Positions 1 to 5,577 of a stretch of 11,469 nt of DNA are shown here, in pieces. Origin of the DNA: an uncultured archaeon. Lineage in GTDB: Archaea > Iainarchaeota > Iainarchaeia > Iainarchaeales > CSSED10-239. The DNA lies in NCBI GenBank assembly GCA_964468895.1, contig CAYXWT010000024.1, positions 1-11,469 of the forward strand, given 5' to 3'. The notes beneath the pieces were generated by a model, which saw nothing but the letters and a program-made list of their open reading frames with translations, did no database searches and had not been told where the DNA came from. Numbering within the stretch: position 1 is the stretch's first letter; the number at the start of each line of letters is the position of its first letter. Made by a program: the position numbers and the translations under genes.

Positions 1-2829
1 GCTTTAGATACTAAAAGATTAAGTATGTATAGATTACCAGAAACATATAGTGCTATGCATATTAAACACGGAGAAACACCTGCTATATATAAAGATGCAT
101 ATATTGATTTCTTTGCAAATGATGGGTCTGATCAAGGAGATGTATTTATGGCATTTTTAGATTCTTTTGCATTTTGGACACCACATTTAATAAAAGAAAG
201 TCTCAAATTAATACCTGGTCAATTAACAGATAGTATAAATGTAAAACTTGATGATATACTTAAAGGAAAAATTAAAAGAAATAAAGTAGATGATATTGTT
301 CTTTTTACAGATACTATTAATACTGGTTGTGGTACTTCTTGTACTATTACATTAGATAATTCTAATTATTTAGAAAAAGTAACTAGACAAAAAACTCTTG
401 CTAATCAAAAAGCAGAAGATGCACCTGGATACGTAGATCCTAGTACAAGTAAATCTCAAGAAAAATTAAAACAAGAAATTATAGATCAAAAATTACAAGA
501 TAAATATCAACAAATGGATTATGCAATGGATCAATTAGAAGGTGGACTTAAATCTTTTGATACCGATCAAGAAGAAATAGATTCTATTAAAGAAAATTAT
601 ACTGAACAATACATAAATCAAATTGAAAATTCAACTTCTGAAATTGAAGAAAATGTAAGTAATAATATAGATGGTATTACTGATGATATTAGTATTAGTT
701 TTTCAGTTCCACGTGGAATTATGATTCAAAACTATATACTAGAAAATACTTCTAAAAAGAATTTAGAAAAAAAAGGTCAAAATTTAATTTCTTTTACACA
801 TCATACTGATTATGATGGAACAACTGCAAATGAAACTAATAAAAATGCAATAAATCTAGTTACTGCTAGAAATGAAAAAAACACTTGTGAACAAAAAATT
901 CAAAATCTAGATTTTTTAGGTATACCTATTGGTTGGGCTACACCTAATAATTATAGAGCAGCAGGAGTTATGTTACTTCAAGAACATCTTAGTTATATTA
1001 CTATGCCTGCTTATAAAAACACATGGGTTATAGGTGCTTTAACTAGTAGTGTTCCTCAACAAGCTATTATTATGCCAGAAATCTATGGTTGTGTAGATGA
1101 TCAAGAAGGAAGATATAATCATTTCTTTGTATCTACTAGAGCTGATGATGAAATTACAAAAAATCCCAAAAATCAAGTTGGAGAAATGGTTGAAGATAGT
1201 TTAGATAATATAGGTGATTCATTAAGTAAAATAAGTAAAGGTACTGATTTTGAAAAAACAGTAAAAACAGGAACTAATGAAGCAAAAAAGTTTATAGAAA
1301 ATAATATTAAAGAATATCCTATTGTTCAATCAAGATTAGTTACAAATGGTGAAGCTAATGGAAGTTTAAATGGACAATTATTCTTTATTGAACTTGGACC
1401 TAATACAAATTGTAATGCTAATGCTCTAAGTGATACTGGTGTAGAATTCTTAAAAGATAAAACTCTTAATGAATCTTTAAAAATAGATAAAGAAAATGGA
1501 GAAATGTCTCTAATCAATGAAGATGGAACAGTTAATATTATAATTGATAAAGATAATTCTGATTTTGTAAGATTGATTGGAACTAATTTAGGTATACCAG
1601 CTAAAGTAATACCACATAGTTTAAGTTATATACCAGTTCCAGATACAAATTCTGAATTATTTGAAGTTGATGTTTATGGAAACTTTACAGTTTTAGATGG
1701 TGACTTTTTAGATTGTCTTAAAGCTGGTTATGAAGCTCAAACTGGTTTAGTAATGGAAAGTGGAGTTACTAATCTTAAAGATTATTTTGGAAATGTAAAA
1801 AATGTAAATATTCTAAATCCATTAACACAATATAATGTATATCCTCAAAATACAAAAATTGTTGCTGAAGGAACTCCTAGACTTGTTGCTAATAATAAAA
1901 GTGCTATATTAAAAATAAATGGTAAAAGAAAAAGTAATTTAACACATATAAATAACGAACAAAAATACTTAGGACAAAATATATCTGTTCAATTTGAAAA
2001 TGCACAATTAATATATAGTGGAGAAAAAGACTCATATATTATGTGGGTACAACATACAACTGTTACTAGCAGTAATGATATAAAATCACTAGATACTACT
2101 CTAGTAAAAGAAAAAGCAAATAATGGTTGTGATGAAGAAGAAATTGCTTTAGATTTTAAAGTTAAACCTAGTAATACAAATGATGATTCTCAAACTGTAG
2201 CAAATGTAGAAAAATTAAATAAAGCTTTTGAAAATATTGGCCCATTTAAAATGTTTGATACAGCTACTAAAACATTTATATTTTATATAAGTGAACCACC
2301 TGAATGTGAACAAAGATTAAAAATTATAGATAAAGAAACAGGTGAAATATTTGATCAAAAAATTACAGATATTCAAGAAACTGCAAATGGAATTAAAATA
2401 AAAACAGAAGATGGTTCAGAACATGAATTTGAGTTTAGTGCTGATAATGGTATACCTGAACTTAAATATAATGGTGAACGAGAAACATTACTTTCAGCAC
2501 AAGGAAATAATGGTTCATTTTGGTATGATCCACAAACTGGTAACTGGTACACAGAAAACGGACATCTAATACCTTTTGACAGTGAATTTAAAGACGGAAT
2601 GATGTTTAGTGCTAATGAAAATGGAGAAGTTACAGGTAAATCTGCACAAAATGTATTTAATATAGGTGATAGTGGTTCAGGTGGTAGTAATAGTGGATTT
2701 AATATTCCTCTAACACCTAGTTCTTTTGTTAATCTAATACTTTATATTAGTATAATATTATTTGCATTTATGCTAATAAATTATAAAATTAAAAAAATAA
2801 AACCAAAAAATATTAAAAAGAAAAGATAA
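1..2829 (+). CDS. Large extracellular/surface protein, 5'-partial, with a C-terminal Gly/Ser linker, TM helix and polybasic tail
   Basis: The frame is open from base 1: GCT TTA GAT ACT AAA AGA TTA AGT precede the first in-window ATG at 25, with no stop and no SD-like motif. The gene therefore probably starts upstream of the window. It runs 934+ codons to TAA at 2827-2829. No family recognised. It has an acidic coiled-coil-like stretch (KSQEKLKQEIIDQKLQDKYQQMDYAMDQLE...), about a dozen N-x-S/T sequons and 8 Cys. The tail is GDSGSGGSNSG, then a 20-residue hydrophobic helix FVNLILYISIILFAFMLINY (2725-2784), then KIKKIKPKNIKKKR. Confidence 0.8.
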   Translation, partial: ALDTKRLSMYRLPETYSAMHIKHGETPAIYKDAYIDFFANDGSDQGDVFMAFLDSFAFWTPHLIKESLKLIPGQLTDSINVKLDDILKGKIKRNKVDDIVLFTDTINTGCGTSCTITLDNSNYLEKVTRQKTLANQKAEDAPGYVDPSTSKSQEKLKQEIIDQKLQDKYQQMDYAMDQLEGGLKSFDTDQEEIDSIKENYTEQYINQIENSTSEIEENVSNNIDGITDDISISFSVPRGIMIQNYILENTSKKNLEKKGQNLISFTHHTDYDGTTANETNKNAINLVTARNEKNTCEQKIQNLDFLGIPIGWATPNNYRAAGVMLLQEHLSYITMPAYKNTWVIGALTSSVPQQAIIMPEIYGCVDDQEGRYNHFFVSTRADDEITKNPKNQVGEMVEDSLDNIGDSLSKISKGTDFEKTVKTGTNEAKKFIENNIKEYPIVQSRLVTNGEANGSLNGQLFFIELGPNTNCNANALSDTGVEFLKDKTLNESLKIDKENGEMSLINEDGTVNIIIDKDNSDFVRLIGTNLGIPAKVIPHSLSYIPVPDTNSELFEVDVYGNFTVLDGDFLDCLKAGYEAQTGLVMESGVTNLKDYFGNVKNVNILNPLTQYNVYPQNTKIVAEGTPRLVANNKSAILKINGKRKSNLTHINNEQKYLGQNISVQFENAQLIYSGEKDSYIMWVQHTTVTSSNDIKSLDTTLVKEKANNGCDEEEIALDFKVKPSNTNDDSQTVANVEKLNKAFENIGPFKMFDTATKTFIFYISEPPECEQRLKIIDKETGEIFDQKITDIQETANGIKIKTEDGSEHEFEFSADNGIPELKYNGERETLLSAQGNNGSFWYDPQTGNWYTENGHLIPFDSEFKDGMMFSANENGEVTGKSAQNVFNIGDSGSGGSNSGFNIPLTPSSFVNLILYISIILFAFMLINYKIKKIKPKNIKKKR

Positions 2830-2902
2830 CTCTTTTCTTCCTTATTTTTATTAATATTTATAATAACTTTTATATATAATTATATAAATAATAACCTAAA
2901 AA

Positions 2903-2907
2903 GTGAT
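2903..2907 (+). promoter_or_regulatory. Shine-Dalgarno-like GTGAT upstream of lysS
   Basis: GTGAT matches the GGAGGTGAT anti-16S-3'-end consensus and lies 5 nt before the ATG at 2913. It is the only G-containing block in an otherwise A/T spacer. Confidence 0.4.
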
Positions 2908-2912
2908 AATTT

Positions 2913-4463
2913 ATGAATTGGGCAGAAAATCATGCAAGAAAAATTATAGCAAAATTCCCTAATCAAGAAGAATATGTATGCGCTTCAGGAATAACTCCAA
3001 GTGGATTTATACATGTTGGAAATTTTAGAGAATATTTTACTGTTGAAGCTGTTAGTAATGAGCTTAAAAAATTAGGTAAAAAAGTAAGACATTTTCATTC
3101 ATGGGATAATTTTGATCCTTTAAGAAAAGTTCCTAAAAATATACCTGAAGAAAGAAAAGATGAATTTAGAAATTATATTGGTATGTGCATAACTGATGTT
3201 CCTGATCCATTTAATAAAGAAAAATCATATGCAGATCATTTTATGAAAAAATTTGAAAATGAATTAAAATTAATAGGATGTTCAGCTGAATTCTTAAATC
3301 AAGAACAAATATATAGATCTTGTGATTATAAAGACAAAATTAAAATTGCTTTAAATAAAAAAGAAGAGATAAAAGAAATTTATAATAAATTTAGAAAAGA
3401 ACCTGTTGGCGAAAATTGGTGGCCAGTAACACTTTGGTGTGAAAAATGTAATAAAGTAACAGATATTATATTAAACTATGATGGTAATTATACTTTAGAA
3501 TATAAATGTAAACATTGTGAACATCAAGGAAAAATAGATTTTTCCAATAATGGAAATGTTAAACTTAGATGGAGAGTAGATTGGCCTATGAGATGGTCAT
3601 ATTATAATGAACACTTTGAACCAAGTGGTAAAGATCATATGTCTTCAGGTGGTTCCAATGATATGGCTCAAATATTAGTCAAAGATATATTTGATGGTCA
3701 TCAAACTTATGCTTTTATGTATGAATTTATTGGTATAAAAGGAGGAGGTGGAAAAATGTCTTCTTCAAGCGGTAATATTTATACTATTTGTGATATATTA
3801 AAATATTATCTTCCAGAAATATTTAGATATTTATATGCTTCAACTAAACCAAGTAGTCCATTTGATATTCAATTAGATGAAAATATATTCCAAGTATATA
3901 CTAAATTTTATAATTTAGAAAAAGAATATTATGACAATGATGTCACTACCACTGTTGAGAACACCAATAATAATAGTAAAGATACTAAGACATATGAAAT
4001 TAGTAATGTTTGGCTACCTAAAACACAACCGCATCAGCCTAGACTACAAGAATTTATAACACTATATCAAGTTTTAGATAAAGATACTATTGGCTTCTAT
4101 ATCAAGGTTAATAATATAACTTCAGAATTTGATATAAAAAGAATAAATCAAATTTATAATTGTGCAAAAAATTGGTTAAATGATTTTGCACCAGAAAAAT
4201 ATAAACTTAAAGATGTAAATGAATATAGCAAAGATATTCAAAATACAATTATAGAATTTATGGAAAACAATAAAGAGTTTAGTGAAGATTATCAAAATAA
4301 ATTTTATAATTTTATGAAAGAAAAAGATATTAATATTAAAGAAGCTTTTAAGAATTTTTATATATTAATATTTAATAAAGATAAAGGACCTAAACTAGGA
4401 AATATTATTCAATTCTATGGAGTTAATAAAATACTAGAAATAATTAAAAATAAAAAAAATTAA
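2913..4463 (+). CDS. lysS: Lysine--tRNA ligase, class I (archaeal-type LysRS)
   Basis: 516 aa. HIGH-type motif present as HVGN (3012-3023) within SGITPSGFIHVGNFRE. KMSKS-type motif present as KMSSS (3753-3767) within GGGKMSSSSGN. WRVDWPMRW and GKDH blocks are present, plus a CxxC...CxxC knuckle (CEKC...CKHC). Length and motif order match what I recall of class I LysRS from methanogens and Pyrococcus. Confidence 0.93.
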   Translation: MNWAENHARKIIAKFPNQEEYVCASGITPSGFIHVGNFREYFTVEAVSNELKKLGKKVRHFHSWDNFDPLRKVPKNIPEERKDEFRNYIGMCITDVPDPFNKEKSYADHFMKKFENELKLIGCSAEFLNQEQIYRSCDYKDKIKIALNKKEEIKEIYNKFRKEPVGENWWPVTLWCEKCNKVTDIILNYDGNYTLEYKCKHCEHQGKIDFSNNGNVKLRWRVDWPMRWSYYNEHFEPSGKDHMSSGGSNDMAQILVKDIFDGHQTYAFMYEFIGIKGGGGKMSSSSGNIYTICDILKYYLPEIFRYLYASTKPSSPFDIQLDENIFQVYTKFYNLEKEYYDNDVTTTVENTNNNSKDTKTYEISNVWLPKTQPHQPRLQEFITLYQVLDKDTIGFYIKVNNITSEFDIKRINQIYNCAKNWLNDFAPEKYKLKDVNEYSKDIQNTIIEFMENNKEFSEDYQNKFYNFMKEKDINIKEAFKNFYILIFNKDKGPKLGNIIQFYGVNKILEIIKNKKN

Positions 4464-4475
4464 ATAATTAAAAAA

Positions 4476-4649
4476 ATGGTGAATAAAAATATGGTTTCAA
4501 AATGTATAAAATGCGGAAAAATATTAAAAAACTTTGGTATGTATTGTGAAAAATGCGAAAAAGAAATAAATTATAAAATAGATAGAAGAGACAATTTTCA
4601 AGAAAGATATAATAAAGCAGATTTCTTTCAAAGACAAAGAATGAAATAA
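4476..4649 (+). CDS. Small C4 zinc-ribbon protein (57 aa, or 52 aa if it starts at ATG 4491); not in the supplied ORF track
   Basis: My own translation: MVNKNMVSKCIKCGKILKNFGMYCEKCEKEINYKIDRRDNFQERYNKADFFQRQRMK, ending at TAA 4647-4649. It has CxxC-x10-CxxC followed by a basic tail. GGTGA at 4478-4482 sits 8 nt before the second ATG (4491), which favours that start. The ORF begins 12 nt after the lysS stop on the same strand. Confidence 0.5.
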   Translation: MVNKNMVSKCIKCGKILKNFGMYCEKCEKEINYKIDRRDNFQERYNKADFFQRQRMK

Positions 4650-4667
4650 GTAATTTAAAATTATTTT

Positions 4668-4700
4668 AAAAAATGATTATTATCAATATAATTATTTTTT
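4668..4700. terminator. Candidate bidirectional terminator hairpin between convergent genes
   Basis: AAAAAATGATTAT (4668-4680) pairs with ATAATTATTTTTT (4688-4700) over 13 positions; one pair is G:U on the plus-strand RNA. The loop is 7 nt (TATCAAT). The arms supply a T6 run on each strand. It lies exactly between the zinc-ribbon ORF stop (4649) and the thioredoxin gene stop (4704). The stem is all A/T and therefore weak. Confidence 0.3.
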
Positions 4701-4703
4701 AAA

Positions 4704-5393
4704 TTAATTTAACAACTCATCCAATTTAGAACTAATATCTTCTAAACCTTTTTCTGAGCCACATGATTTCAAAACAACTTCTCCTTCTTTATCTAAAATT
4801 ACAAATGAAGGAATATATCCACATTCTGAATTTGTAATTTCATTAAAATCAAGATTTTTATTTAAACCTTGTGCAATTTCATCAACTTCAAAAGTTGCAT
4901 CATTTATAACTTGTGCCCAAAGGTTTGTACTATCTTTATAATTATCCCAAATCTTAGTTTTATACTCAGGAATCATCCTACTACAATGTCCACAATAAGT
5001 ACCTACAAAAAGAATAACTGAAGGTCTTCCTTTAAAATCTTCAAAACTAGAAAATTGATCTATCTGATAATTAGCAGTTAGTTCATTATCTTTTGACTCA
5101 ATATTTGCATCTTCTAATCTAGGAAGAGTATCATTTTCTCTTGAGTTTATATTTAAATTAGAATCATCTAAATTATCAACTCCTTTATATTCTGGATTAT
5201 CAGTAGTTGTTTGAACATCATCAACCTTGACAGAAGATTTAGGAGTTGTAGATATTAATGACATTATAAATATTATAATAATAACAAAAGCTAAAGCAGT
5301 TATATAATAATGCTTATGATTTAATTTTTTAGATTTTGTTTTTTCAGACTTTACTTTAATTTCTTTTTTAATTTCTTTTTTTCTTTTAGACAT
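4704..5393 (-). CDS. Membrane-anchored thioredoxin-fold thiol:disulfide oxidoreductase (TlpA/ResA-like architecture, CGHC active site)
   Basis: 229 aa. Basic N-terminus followed by one TM helix (YYITALAFVIIIIFIMSLIS), then a polar linker. The Trx-like core is RPSVILFVGTYCGHCSRMIPEY, with CGHC at 4983-4994 (TGT GGA CAT TGT on the minus strand). A downstream cis-Pro-type loop GYIPSFVILDKEGEVV is present. SD-like GAGATGA lies 7 nt upstream of the ATG. Confidence 0.8.
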   Translation of the reverse strand: MSKRKKEIKKEIKVKSEKTKSKKLNHKHYYITALAFVIIIIFIMSLISTTPKSSVKVDDVQTTTDNPEYKGVDNLDDSNLNINSRENDTLPRLEDANIESKDNELTANYQIDQFSSFEDFKGRPSVILFVGTYCGHCSRMIPEYKTKIWDNYKDSTNLWAQVINDATFEVDEIAQGLNKNLDFNEITNSECGYIPSFVILDKEGEVVLKSCGSEKGLEDISSKLDELLN

Positions 5394-5550
5394 ATTTTTA
5401 TCATCTCATAGTATAAAATATAAATTCAATAAAACATATAATTAGAAAAACCATTATAAATATATTTATTATATTATAAATTTAAAAAGAAGTTAATTTG
5501 ATTTTATTAACAAATAATAAATTATTATGTAGATTAAAATACAAATTAAA

Positions 5551-5577
5551 TTATCTAAAAAATTAATTCTTAGATAA
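5551..5577 (-). terminator. Weak hairpin spanning the stop codon of the repeat gene, followed by a T-rich tract
   Basis: TTATCTAA (5551-5558) and TTAGATAA (5570-5577) are exact reverse complements (8 bp) with an 11-nt loop. On the minus strand the stop codon is followed directly by TTTTTT, which lies in the hairpin loop, and the hairpin is followed by TTTAATTTGT. The stem is AT-only, so it could be a chance occurrence. Confidence 0.2.

Noticed and set aside
1326-1517. 63-aa antisense ORF inside the large surface-protein gene.
   Set aside because: It is short, fully embedded antisense to a much longer ORF that has coherent coding properties, and has no RBS-like motif. This is expected by chance in AT-rich DNA.
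2521-2570. The WYDPQTGNWYTENGH segment near the C-terminus of the surface protein resembles a cell-wall/choline-binding (CW_binding_1-like) repeat.
   Set aside because: There is only a single copy, whereas the family functions as tandem arrays. The similarity is limited to an aromatic/Gly pattern, which is not enough to call a domain.
2830-2912. An archaeal TATA-box/BRE promoter call (for example TTTATATATA at 2868-2877, about 35 nt before the lysS ATG). Similar TATA-like strings occur in spacers 5394-5562, 7774-7930 and 11341-11469.
   Set aside because: These spacers are almost pure A/T, so TATA-like octamers occur many times by chance. Without TSS data I cannot single out a functional one.
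5456-5469. Perfect 14-bp palindrome ATAAATATATTTAT in the spacer upstream of the thioredoxin gene.
   Set aside because: It is composed only of A and T in an A/T-only region, so palindromes of this size are expected by chance. There is no second copy and no flanking conserved half-sites.
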